From a virus: 64,000 nt of DNA. The position numbers and the translations under genes were made by a program. This document shows positions 54,751-64,000 of this stretch, in pieces. Positions within the stretch are counted from its first letter, which is position 1; each line of letters begins with the position of its first letter. The stretch spans positions 32,001 to 96,000 of IMG/VR virus record IMGVR_UViG_3300028384_001275. One strand, 5' to 3'. The notes below the pieces were generated by a model. That model did no database searches and had not been told where the DNA came from. It saw nothing but the letters and a program-made list of their open reading frames with translations.

Positions 54751-56613
54751 ATGACAAGGACAGTCCCTGGATCAGGAGCACAGATACAACCCGTATTTAA
54801 TAGTATATACGGTGTTAGAGAAGTATATGTAACTAATGGTGGATCTGGATATAGTCCCAGTAATCCACCTAGACTTCGTATTGGAAATTGTGGCACTCCC
54901 ATTAGAGATGCTGTGCTTCGTCCAATCATTGAAGGGGATAATGGAGAAATCACAGCTGTTGAGGTTTTAGACCCAGGTGAGGGTTATGATCCCCTAAGAT
55001 TGTTTATTGATGATGATAGTAGTAATGGTGGAGCTACAGGCATTATCAATCTAACTGATGATGGGGGTGTTGACTATATTACAGTCACTTCATTTGGCGA
55101 TAATTATTTTGATTCTGTAGCAGAAGTAAGAGGTGGTGGAGGATCTGGAAGTGAGCTGGTCCCCATTACGGGTCTTGTTACAGGTCTTTCAATTACTAAT
55201 CCTGGTCGTAATTATACTGAGAATGATGTAAATATCATTATCTCTGGTGGTGGCGGTGATGGTGCAACTGGTGTTGCATCGGTAAATCCATTTGGTGAGG
55301 TTGCATCTATCAATCTTACAAATGCAGGTGAATTCTTCGAGACTCCCCCACTAATCCAAATTATTGGTGGTGGTGGATCTGGTGCTACTGCAGAGGCATT
55401 TATTGACCTTGGTAGAATTACATCTATTGATTTATTGTCTGGTGGTGGTGGATATACATCAAGTCCACAAATCATCTTTACTAGAGATACTGATTTAATC
55501 AGGACAACACGAAATAGACAGTCACTTAACTCAGTCCTATTTAACCTTACAGGTCTTACTAAAGACGTTGGATCATCAGATACTACAGTTAATGTAGAGA
55601 CCACTGGTGCATTTGTTGGATCTGGCAAATTTCTCATTGGTAGAGAAGTTGTCAGATATACAGGCAAGACTGCAGGATCTTTTACTGGATGCACCCGTGG
55701 CACCAATTTCAGATTTGACCAAAAAGTTATTCTCGATTCATTGCAAGATGATGCAGATACGGGATTGACAAACTATCAATTCCGAGTCACAGACCGCGTA
55801 AAGCGTGTTGTTGAAAACTCAAATAACCGAGTTGCAATCGTTTATGACTGGGATAGACCTACTAGATCGCTTTATCTAACATTTGAAGTTGATGAGCTGG
55901 CGTTTATTGATGGTGGGCGCTCTAATGAAAAGGCAAAAATTATTGCATTTGTTGCTGGCACTGCAGGCGCATCAGGCACAGGTGTAGCACCTCACATTTT
56001 GTTAGAAGCAGAAGGTCAAAATATTATTGCATTTACAAACCCATTTTCTGAAATTCAAAACCGTAGGTTTGAAGATGATGATGAGTTGGATGGTGCTGGT
56101 GATGGCATCATCGACTTGGTTAATACTGGGACAGAGTTTGAAAATCAAATCAATCTTGATGGTGGTATTGCATCCTCCAGATATGGTATTGAAGAGACTC
56201 TTGGTGGACAAAACACCACTCTGCTTCAGGTTGGCGATCAAATCTATGATGGCAGCCCACAACCCTTAGTTGCATTTGTGCAAACTGCAGGTGCGTTGGG
56301 TGACGGTGATACTCATCAATCTACTGCAAATATTGTTATCGAGTATTCATCATCAACTCTATTTAATGTGCCTGGTGCTGGTGGATCAGAAGAGGTAGTT
56401 GAGGGTCTCACTTCGGGTGTAACAGCAACTACTGTTAGTAGGGTTACTGGACCAAAGACAGGGCAATTCACTTTGTCTGTTAAGAGTATTACAAATGATG
56501 ACACAACTTACAAGTTTAGTCCAGGTGAAACTCTGCGAGGTAACACAAGTGGTGCCCAAGCACTTATCAAATCAGTTGAATATACAAGCTTCCTCAGAAA
56601 TGAGGACACCTGA
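54751..56613 (+). CDS. virion structural protein (baseplate associated)
   Basis: Repeated I.I.N.G.GY...P.I.I.GGGG.GA.A units, as in gp7. Confidence 0.7.
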   Translation: MTRTVPGSGAQIQPVFNSIYGVREVYVTNGGSGYSPSNPPRLRIGNCGTPIRDAVLRPIIEGDNGEITAVEVLDPGEGYDPLRLFIDDDSSNGGATGIINLTDDGGVDYITVTSFGDNYFDSVAEVRGGGGSGSELVPITGLVTGLSITNPGRNYTENDVNIIISGGGGDGATGVASVNPFGEVASINLTNAGEFFETPPLIQIIGGGGSGATAEAFIDLGRITSIDLLSGGGGYTSSPQIIFTRDTDLIRTTRNRQSLNSVLFNLTGLTKDVGSSDTTVNVETTGAFVGSGKFLIGREVVRYTGKTAGSFTGCTRGTNFRFDQKVILDSLQDDADTGLTNYQFRVTDRVKRVVENSNNRVAIVYDWDRPTRSLYLTFEVDELAFIDGGRSNEKAKIIAFVAGTAGASGTGVAPHILLEAEGQNIIAFTNPFSEIQNRRFEDDDELDGAGDGIIDLVNTGTEFENQINLDGGIASSRYGIEETLGGQNTTLLQVGDQIYDGSPQPLVAFVQTAGALGDGDTHQSTANIVIEYSSSTLFNVPGAGGSEEVVEGLTSGVTATTVSRVTGPKTGQFTLSVKSITNDDTTYKFSPGETLRGNTSGAQALIKSVEYTSFLRNEDT

Positions 56614-56647
56614 CCCCTATAAATAAAAAGAAGGCAATTTCCCTAAG

Positions 56648-58183
56648 ATGGCTCTACTTACTGACCAATTTAGAATTTTTACTGCGGAGAGATTCCGAAA
56701 AGCACTTGAGGGACCTAATCCCACTGAGAGTGATTTGGACGCAGGTGCCAGTCGCGATCGACTATATGTTTTTATCGGTCGTCCCCAATCCTGGGATAAT
56801 GAAAACTCTCCTCCAGATCCTGTAGATTCTCTTCAGGAATTTGCCGATGACTATTCGGATATGATTTCGCTTAAGCGCGTGCTAGCGAATGATACTGTGC
56901 AGGTTATCCGTCGTATTGACTGGATTCCTCCTGAGCAAACCACTGGTGGTTTGGGTTATGTTTATGATATGTATCGCCATGATTACAGTGCTACGAAGAC
57001 GGCATCTTCGGGTGCTACGAAACTATATGACTCGGACTTTTACGTTGTCAACTCTTCATATCAAGTCTATAAGTGCATTTACAACGGCACATCTCCTTCT
57101 GATCCTAACGGTAAGCCTTCTACTGTTGAGCCTACTGGCACCTCAACTTCTGTTATCACAACTGCTGACAGTTATCGTTGGAAGTATATGTATACGATTC
57201 CTGTGGGTCAGGTGTTGAAATTCTTCTCTAATGAATATATGCCTGTGCTGAGTGACACTGCTGTGGTGTCTGATGCAATCGGTGGTGAAATTGATACCGT
57301 TATTATTGCAGCTGCTGGATCTGGTTATAACAATGGCACTTATGAAAACGTCCCCATCAAGGGCGATGGAGTTGGTGGTCGAATTTCCCTTGTGGTTGAT
57401 GGTGGTCGTATTGTTTCGGCAACTGTGACTTCTGGTGGTAGTGGTTATACTTTCGGTAAGGTCGTGATCGATGAGGTCAACGGTATCGGTGCTGGCACGG
57501 GCACAGGTGCCAGTGTTGAGGTTGTTATTCCTCCCGTTGACGGTCATGGTGCAACACCTGCTAATGAGCTGGGTGGTTTCCGAGTGATGATTAATACCAA
57601 ATTCACTTATGCTGAAGGTAGTGGTGACTTCCCGACTGATAACGACTATCGTCGTATTGGTTTGGTGATCAACCCATTTAGGTATGGCACCGAAGAATTG
57701 ACCTCTGCCATTACACTGTCTGCCACAAAGGCAGTTATCTTCTCCCCCACATTCACAGGTCAGTTTACTACTGATGAAATCATCACACAGTCTAGGACTG
57801 TTGGTGGTCAGCAAGTTACTGCTCGTGGTCGTGTTATCTCTTGGAATAACACAACAAAAGTCTTGAAATATTACCAGAATAGAATTGATGGAATCTTCCC
57901 TGAATTCACTGGTAGTTTGATTGAATTTGAAGGTGGCAACCCTGTGCTGGGTGCAACATCTGGTGCATCTGCTGACCCCGATATTAACTTCCCCATTGTA
58001 TCAGGATCTTCCACCCGTGTCATTAATAACACTGAATATGACCTCGGTATGGCATTCACCAACGGTTATGCAAAACCTGAAGTTGAGCCTAACTCTGGCG
58101 AAGTCATCTACATAGATAACAGAGGCGCGATTACTCGTGCTGGTGACCAAATCGAAGATATCAAAATCGTAATCGAGTTCTAA
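56648..58183 (+). CDS. gp8: baseplate wedge subunit
   Basis: Y.FIGRP..W, YDMYRHDY, FYV.NS.Y.VYKC..NG, Y.WKY.YTI, YR.IGL..NP, SGE.IYIDNR..ITR..DQ.EDIKI.IEF; TATAAATA at 56618-56625. Confidence 0.92.
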   Translation: MALLTDQFRIFTAERFRKALEGPNPTESDLDAGASRDRLYVFIGRPQSWDNENSPPDPVDSLQEFADDYSDMISLKRVLANDTVQVIRRIDWIPPEQTTGGLGYVYDMYRHDYSATKTASSGATKLYDSDFYVVNSSYQVYKCIYNGTSPSDPNGKPSTVEPTGTSTSVITTADSYRWKYMYTIPVGQVLKFFSNEYMPVLSDTAVVSDAIGGEIDTVIIAAAGSGYNNGTYENVPIKGDGVGGRISLVVDGGRIVSATVTSGGSGYTFGKVVIDEVNGIGAGTGTGASVEVVIPPVDGHGATPANELGGFRVMINTKFTYAEGSGDFPTDNDYRRIGLVINPFRYGTEELTSAITLSATKAVIFSPTFTGQFTTDEIITQSRTVGGQQVTARGRVISWNNTTKVLKYYQNRIDGIFPEFTGSLIEFEGGNPVLGATSGASADPDINFPIVSGSSTRVINNTEYDLGMAFTNGYAKPEVEPNSGEVIYIDNRGAITRAGDQIEDIKIVIEF

Positions 58184-58186
58184 GAG

Positions 58187-61100
58187 ATGCCCCAGAATAC
58201 TAATCTAAACATCAGTCCTTATTTTGACGATTTCAATAAGGATGATAACTACTACAGAGTCTTGTTTAGACCTGGGTATCCGATCCAGGCAAGAGAGCTT
58301 ACCACCATGCAGAGTATTCTGCAGAATCAGGTGGAATCGATTGGTCAGCACTTCTTCAAAGAAGGTGCGATGGTCATTCCTGGTCAGGTAGGATACGATC
58401 TAGAAGTCCAAGCGATCATCCTGCAGCAGAATTTCTTGGGTGTCGATATTGAAACTTATCGCACACAACTTCACGGTCAAATTGTTGAAGGCATCACTAC
58501 TGGCATCAAGGCGAAAGTCCTCTACTCGATTTCATCTGCAGAATCAGATCGTAGTTATGTCACTCTGTATGTGAAGTATATTGACTCTGGAGATACTTCA
58601 TCTGACACTACGTTAAAAACTTTCCAACCCAATGAGCAGTTGCTCGCTGAAAAAGAGATTACGTTTGGCACAACTCTAATTGAAATTGGATCTCCATTTG
58701 CACAGTTGTTGCCTGTTAATGCGACAGCTACTGCATCTACAGCGTATGTCAATCAAGGTGTTTATTTTATTAGAGGACACTTTGTCGATATTCCCTCTTC
58801 TTATTTGATCCTGGATCAATACAGTAACTCTCCTTCTTATCGTGTTGGTCTGGAAGTTAGTGAATCCATTATCACTCCTGAAGATGATCCCGATCTGAAT
58901 GATAATGCAGCAGGTACGTCAAATTATTCGGCACCTGGTGCTCACAGATTTAGAATCAAAACACAACTCGTCAAGAAGGCGATTAATGATTCTACCGATA
59001 AAAACTTTATTGAGCTACTTAGACTCAACAACTCTAAAGTTGAAGAGTTTGTAACAGCTACTGCATACTCTGAGCTTGAAAAGTCCCTCGCACGTCGCAC
59101 ATATGAAGAGTCTGGCGACTATGTGATTGATACATTTACAGTTACTGCTAGAGAGCATCTTGATGATGGATTCAATAATGGTGTCTATAGAGCAGGTCAA
59201 ATATCCCCAGAAGGGAACCTTGCTTCAGATGACCGTGTTGCTTTTGAAGTTTCTCCTGGTCGTGCTTATGTGAAAGGTTATCGGGTCGAATTCCTAACTC
59301 CTCAATATGTTGATGCTCTTAAACCTCGTGACTTTGAAGGTGTCCAAAATGCTATCCTTTCATTCCGTTTAGGTCAATTTGTTAAAGTATATGACGTATA
59401 TGGTTGGCCAGATCTTACTGGAGAAGGTGTAACCAAAGCATATCAAACTCTTGAGTTGTATGATGATTGGACTTTGAATACCACTAACACTGTTGTTGGT
59501 AGACAGATCGGTCGTTGTCGCACAATTCAGCTCCAAGAAGACACGGATACTACATATGATCTGTGGATTTTTGATGCACAGATGTATACTGCATTGAATT
59601 TTGCAACAGGTAATAATAGTGTCACTGTTGGCGATCGTTTGAAGGGTCGGACATCAGGTGCTACTGGTTTTGTCGCTGATGCAGGATCGGGCACATATTG
59701 TCATGTTGAGCAAGTATCTGGCAACTTTGTAAATGGTGAGGTCATTGAGAGAGATGGTCGCGTTATCGGCACCCTGGAAGCAGCACATACATTCAATCTA
59801 ACTGATACTCGGTCCTGTCGTGGTCGTAACACCAGCAATCAGATTATCTTTGGTGCAAACTGGTTGCTGAATGATCAGCAGCAGATTGAAGGATCTACAA
59901 TTACCTATGAAACATCTCCAGACCACCAGCTGGTTGGTTTCCGCACCAAGTTTGCTGATGATCTTCGTCCTGGTGATGTTGTAACACCAACTCAGTCTAG
60001 TGCAGAAGGAGAAAATTCTCTTAGAATTACAAGAGTCAATCCTCAACAAATTGCAACTAGAGTGGGTAATGCATATACAGGTGCCACCAGTTATATCTTC
60101 GACTATCTAGACCAAGAAGCATCGATTGATAACAGTCTAAAGAAGGGCACAGTTAATGCTGGTGAATACAATACCTTGGTGAGAATGCGTCCTTTCGTAT
60201 TCCAAAAGGACTATCAGAATGGTGAAATGACAATCGATGCACCTAGAGTATCGATGAAGTCAATTTCTGACGAATCATTCTTTGTCTTTAGGACGTTTAA
60301 TAATAAGACTGTTGTATCTGGTGGTGTTACCGTTTCGTTGCCAGAATCTGAGCAGTTTGCAACTCTAGATGATGAGAATTATATTCTCACGGTCCTTGCA
60401 GAATCTGGTTCTGCTTATACTGTGGGTCAAAATCTCGATATTGATGCACTGAATGATGCAGGCACCCTGACAGTTACCTTCGGTGCTGATAGACAATCTG
60501 TGACTATTGATGGTCTGGCAAATGTCAACACGATTAAGTTGACTGCATTGGTATCTAAGAATATTGTCACTAAGAAAATTAAAACCGCATCTAAGATGCG
60601 TGCCATGAAGGTTATTAGGACCGACAAGAATAATGACGATCCCAAGTATGGTCTGGCATATGGTAACCTATATGGCACCCGTATCGAAGACGAAGAGATT
60701 TCATTCGCTCTGAATGATGTCTATAAGATTCATGCTGTGTATGAGTCTGAAGATGATAATGATGCAACACCTCCTTATGCAGTCCTGACAGAATCTACAT
60801 TCTTCGACAACGGGACTGTTGTAGTTGGTCGGACATCAGGTGCTAGAGCTCGTGTTATTCAGTTTATCAATAGCACCTTGAGACTGTATTATGTTGCTCT
60901 AAACGAGATTCCTTTCCAGCCTGGTGAAACAATCGACGGTGTGGATGACGACGGTAATGCTTTGACTGCAATTATTGATGACGCTGAGGGATCAGTTATC
61001 AAGGGCAGCAAAGTTATTACTTCTCAATATGAATTAGATCCTGGTCAGAAGGCACACTTCTATGATGTGTCTAAGATGCTGAGAAACCCTGCATTCACAG

Positions 61101-64000
61101 CACCCATCCGTAAGTTGATGGTTATCTTTGATTACTTCGTCCATGAATCTTCAGGTGACTACTTCTCCAACCAGTCATACACAGGTATTCCATTCAAGGA
61201 TATTCCTAAGTATAAACTCGACGGATCTATTAACTTCCTGAGAGATCAGGTTGACTTCCGTCCTGGCGTTGGTGAGTTGGCATCTGGATCGGGCACAGTA
61301 TCTGCACCTTTCTTTGTGAATTGTGCTTCTCTCGATTTTGGTGCTAGGACATTTGATACATCTGGTGGTGCAGGTGGATCAACTATCTTTGATGTGCCTA
61401 AAGTTAATACCGAGATCCGTATGGATTATGAGTATTATCTACCTAGAGTTGACAAACTTTTCCTGACTCATGATAGTCAGCTTAAGTTGGTGAGTGGCGT
61501 ATCTTCGGAAGAGATGCCACCACCAGATAATGTGCAGAATGCAATGCTTTTGGCACAAATTGAGAATAGACCATATGTCTATGATGTAGAAAGAGACATT
61601 CTGCTGTATCCAGAAATTATTCGTCGTTATACGATGAAGGACATCGGTGAAATTGAGCAGAGACTGGAGCACGTTGAATATTATACTGCTCTGTCGATGC
61701 TTGAATCACAGGCAGAAAATACTAAGTCCTATGATGACAACGGATTCGACAGACTGAAGAATGGTTACGTTGTTGATGACTTTACTGATCATACGATTGG
61801 TGACGTGCTTAACGTGGACTATAAGGCATCCATGGACTTCCAAGAAGGATGGTTGCGCCCTGCTCACTATACTACCAATGTACCTCTGGAGCTGAATCTT
61901 TCAGAGTCTACAAATATTGTTAAAACGGGTGGTAATATGGCAATGTTGCCATATGAAAATCTAGCAATTATTACTCAACCATATGCATCTCGTGTTGAAA
62001 ATGTAAACCCATTCAACGTGTTTACATTCATTGGTCGTATTGATTTGTCCCCTGCATCCGACGACTGGATTGACACTAGACGTAGACCTGCTCGTATCGA
62101 AAACGTTGAGGGCGACTTCTCTTCTGTTGCTAGAGACTTACAGATTGACCAGAATGGTTTTGCTCCTATCCAATGGGGATCTTGGCGGACTAATTGGACT
62201 GGACAATCTCTAATCTCTAGGACTCGATTTAGAAATAGATCTGGTAGTTTCTCTGCAGGTGGTCGTCGTTTGGGTCGTCTGGGTCACGGTCAAGGTCGTC
62301 AACCCATCTTCGTCCACGAGAGACGCACATGGCGTGTTGTTAATAACCAAGCGAGACAGGGCATTCGGACCCGTGTTGTGCCCAAGATTGATAAGAAATC
62401 TTTGGGTGATAGCGTGCTGTCGGTCTCAGCAGTGCCCTGGATTAGATCCAGAAATGTTTCCTTTAACTCTGAGCGACTGAAGCCTCGCACCAGAATGTAT
62501 GCATTCTTTGATGGTGTAAATGTAACTGGTTATATCACACCAAAAGTAGTTGAATTGGTTAAAAATTCTACTGCTGATCCAAATACAAACGAAACACCTT
62601 TTGTCGTTGGTGAAACTGTTAGAGGTCTAACTTCCAAGTGTAAGATTAAAGTTGCAGCTGCTAATGATGCTTATGTAACAGACCCTTATGGTGTAGGAGC
62701 TGCTACTTTGGCAGAATCTTATGCATCACAAACCAGTTTCCTCAACATTGATACAGAAGCGATGTCTGCTACTGTCAATCCTAATTTCTTTGGAAATATA
62801 ACTGTTGGCGAAGTGCTTTTGGGAGAAACTTCTGGTGCTCGTGCGGTTGTGAAAGATCGCCGTCTTCTCACAGATAATGTTGGTAACCTCCGTGGTGTCC
62901 TCTTTATTCCAGATCCCAAGAATGATTCTAATCCTCGTTGGGCAACTGGCACAAGGACTTTTAGATTTACAACATCCGATACTAACAGTAGAGCATCTGG
63001 TGAAGTTGATTCTTCGGCAGATACTACATATGCTGCACAAGGCACATTGAGAGTTGTTAGAGAGAATATTCTTGCAATTCGTAATGCTGAAATTCAGAGA
63101 GATACCGTCCGTGATCGACGGACTGTGATTACTACTAGATCATCTACACGTCAGATTGGTTGGTATGACCCTCTAGCACAATCTTTCTTGCCTCAGGAAG
63201 AAGGTGGTGTTTTCTTGACGGGTGTTGATATTTTCTTCAAGACTAAGGACACGAATGTCCCCATCTCGATGCAGATTCGCACCATGGAGAATGGCACTCC
63301 AACTAAAGAGATTCTACCTTTCTCTGATGTAACTATTTCACCTGATCAGGTTGAGTTGTCTGATAACGCAGCTATTCCTACTAGATTCACATTTAGATCT
63401 CCAGTCTATGTCAAATCTGATATTGAATATTGCTTCGTCTTGTTGTCAGACTCTAATGAATATCAAGTCTGGATCTCCAGAATGGGTGATGTTGACGTTA
63501 CTGGCACAAGGACTATTTCCGAGCAACCATATTCTGGTGTGCTCTTCAAGTCACAAAACGCTTCTACCTGGACTGCAGACCAATATGAAGATCTCAAGTT
63601 TACTATTTACAGAGCAAAATTCACACAGTTGAATGGCACAGCTATTCTGAATAATGCTGAATTGGGTGAAGGTAATGGTGGTATTCATAATCTAATTGAA
63701 AATCCAATCCTTACAATTAAACCCAAGCAAACTTTGCTCCTCCCCACAGGAGGTAATTACAACTTCACTATTGGTGCAAGAGTCTTGCAGCAACCTTCAG
63801 GTGCTTCAGGTACTGTTACTGCTTTTGATGCAGTTTCAGATCCTGAGGAATTGACACTTACTGATATCCAAGGAAATTTTGCCGCAGGTTTCCTTGATGC
63901 TCAGAATAATCCTTTCCAAGGTCTGACATCATCTCAGTCGGTTGCAACGATTGTACTTTCGGCAATTTTCAATGGTGTGTTTGAAGTTGGCGATACTGTT
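58187..64000 (+). CDS. VrlC-like (DUF4815) large virion structural protein, 3' truncated by window end (not in ORF track)
   Basis: MPQNTNLNISPYFDDF....NYYRVLFRPG.PIQARELTT.QSILQNQ.E; later APGAHR, RRYTMKDIG, DPLAQSF and LFKSQN.STWT..QYEDLKF. Confidence 0.85.
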   Translation, partial: MPQNTNLNISPYFDDFNKDDNYYRVLFRPGYPIQARELTTMQSILQNQVESIGQHFFKEGAMVIPGQVGYDLEVQAIILQQNFLGVDIETYRTQLHGQIVEGITTGIKAKVLYSISSAESDRSYVTLYVKYIDSGDTSSDTTLKTFQPNEQLLAEKEITFGTTLIEIGSPFAQLLPVNATATASTAYVNQGVYFIRGHFVDIPSSYLILDQYSNSPSYRVGLEVSESIITPEDDPDLNDNAAGTSNYSAPGAHRFRIKTQLVKKAINDSTDKNFIELLRLNNSKVEEFVTATAYSELEKSLARRTYEESGDYVIDTFTVTAREHLDDGFNNGVYRAGQISPEGNLASDDRVAFEVSPGRAYVKGYRVEFLTPQYVDALKPRDFEGVQNAILSFRLGQFVKVYDVYGWPDLTGEGVTKAYQTLELYDDWTLNTTNTVVGRQIGRCRTIQLQEDTDTTYDLWIFDAQMYTALNFATGNNSVTVGDRLKGRTSGATGFVADAGSGTYCHVEQVSGNFVNGEVIERDGRVIGTLEAAHTFNLTDTRSCRGRNTSNQIIFGANWLLNDQQQIEGSTITYETSPDHQLVGFRTKFADDLRPGDVVTPTQSSAEGENSLRITRVNPQQIATRVGNAYTGATSYIFDYLDQEASIDNSLKKGTVNAGEYNTLVRMRPFVFQKDYQNGEMTIDAPRVSMKSISDESFFVFRTFNNKTVVSGGVTVSLPESEQFATLDDENYILTVLAESGSAYTVGQNLDIDALNDAGTLTVTFGADRQSVTIDGLANVNTIKLTALVSKNIVTKKIKTASKMRAMKVIRTDKNNDDPKYGLAYGNLYGTRIEDEEISFALNDVYKIHAVYESEDDNDATPPYAVLTESTFFDNGTVVVGRTSGARARVIQFINSTLRLYYVALNEIPFQPGETIDGVDDDGNALTAIIDDAEGSVIKGSKVITSQYELDPGQKAHFYDVSKMLRNPAFTAPIRKLMVIFDYFVHESSGDYFSNQSYTGIPFKDIPKYKLDGSINFLRDQVDFRPGVGELASGSGTVSAPFFVNCASLDFGARTFDTSGGAGGSTIFDVPKVNTEIRMDYEYYLPRVDKLFLTHDSQLKLVSGVSSEEMPPPDNVQNAMLLAQIENRPYVYDVERDILLYPEIIRRYTMKDIGEIEQRLEHVEYYTALSMLESQAENTKSYDDNGFDRLKNGYVVDDFTDHTIGDVLNVDYKASMDFQEGWLRPAHYTTNVPLELNLSESTNIVKTGGNMAMLPYENLAIITQPYASRVENVNPFNVFTFIGRIDLSPASDDWIDTRRRPARIENVEGDFSSVARDLQIDQNGFAPIQWGSWRTNWTGQSLISRTRFRNRSGSFSAGGRRLGRLGHGQGRQPIFVHERRTWRVVNNQARQGIRTRVVPKIDKKSLGDSVLSVSAVPWIRSRNVSFNSERLKPRTRMYAFFDGVNVTGYITPKVVELVKNSTADPNTNETPFVVGETVRGLTSKCKIKVAAANDAYVTDPYGVGAATLAESYASQTSFLNIDTEAMSATVNPNFFGNITVGEVLLGETSGARAVVKDRRLLTDNVGNLRGVLFIPDPKNDSNPRWATGTRTFRFTTSDTNSRASGEVDSSADTTYAAQGTLRVVRENILAIRNAEIQRDTVRDRRTVITTRSSTRQIGWYDPLAQSFLPQEEGGVFLTGVDIFFKTKDTNVPISMQIRTMENGTPTKEILPFSDVTISPDQVELSDNAAIPTRFTFRSPVYVKSDIEYCFVLLSDSNEYQVWISRMGDVDVTGTRTISEQPYSGVLFKSQNASTWTADQYEDLKFTIYRAKFTQLNGTAILNNAELGEGNGGIHNLIENPILTIKPKQTLLLPTGGNYNFTIGARVLQQPSGASGTVTAFDAVSDPEELTLTDIQGNFAAGFLDAQNNPFQGLTSSQSVATIVLSAIFNGVFEVGDTV

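Noticed and set aside
30729-64000. Numerous minus-strand and alternate-frame ORFs (e.g. 45087-46610, 40311-41435, 57143-57814)
   Set aside because: They lie wholly inside long + strand genes, lack recognisable motifs, and are expected shadows of biased codon usage.
1-64000. tRNA/rRNA genes
   Set aside because: No cloverleaf with T-loop/D-loop consensus was seen in the few intergenic gaps; a tRNAscan-SE run would be needed to exclude them fully.

Overview
This is a segment of a T4-like marine cyanophage (cyanomyovirus; Synechococcus/Prochlorococcus type) genome, with essentially all real genes on the + strand. Layout: (1-4.9 kb) late virion/fibre genes, including three tandem 269-aa Gly/His/Cys-rich paralogues; (5-12 kb) a flavin-dependent halogenase plus a run of 2OG-Fe(II)/JmjC oxygenases; (12-21 kb) a hypervariable early-type region with a possible nuclease next to a broken DNA methyltransferase, many tiny ORFs and an SF2 helicase, punctuated by a repeated inverted-repeat/-10 element; (20.4-21.4 kb) an origin-like locus with four TTTTCCACA (cyanobacterial DnaA-box consensus) motifs, interleaved palindromes and an abrupt local C-rich to G-rich switch; (21.4-64 kb) the tail/baseplate module (NlpC/P60, PAAR, gp25, gp6, a 6965-aa gp7-like giant, YHYH protein, gp9/10-like, gp8, and a VrlC-like protein running off the window). 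The most striking observation is that the giant gp7-like protein contains six or seven, partly nested, repeats that align by eye with phycobiliprotein (phycocyanin/phycoerythrin) subunits, including Cys residues at both bilin-attachment positions. This suggests a possibly chromophorylated, light-responsive virion baseplate. All assignments are motif recognition by eye; no searches were run.
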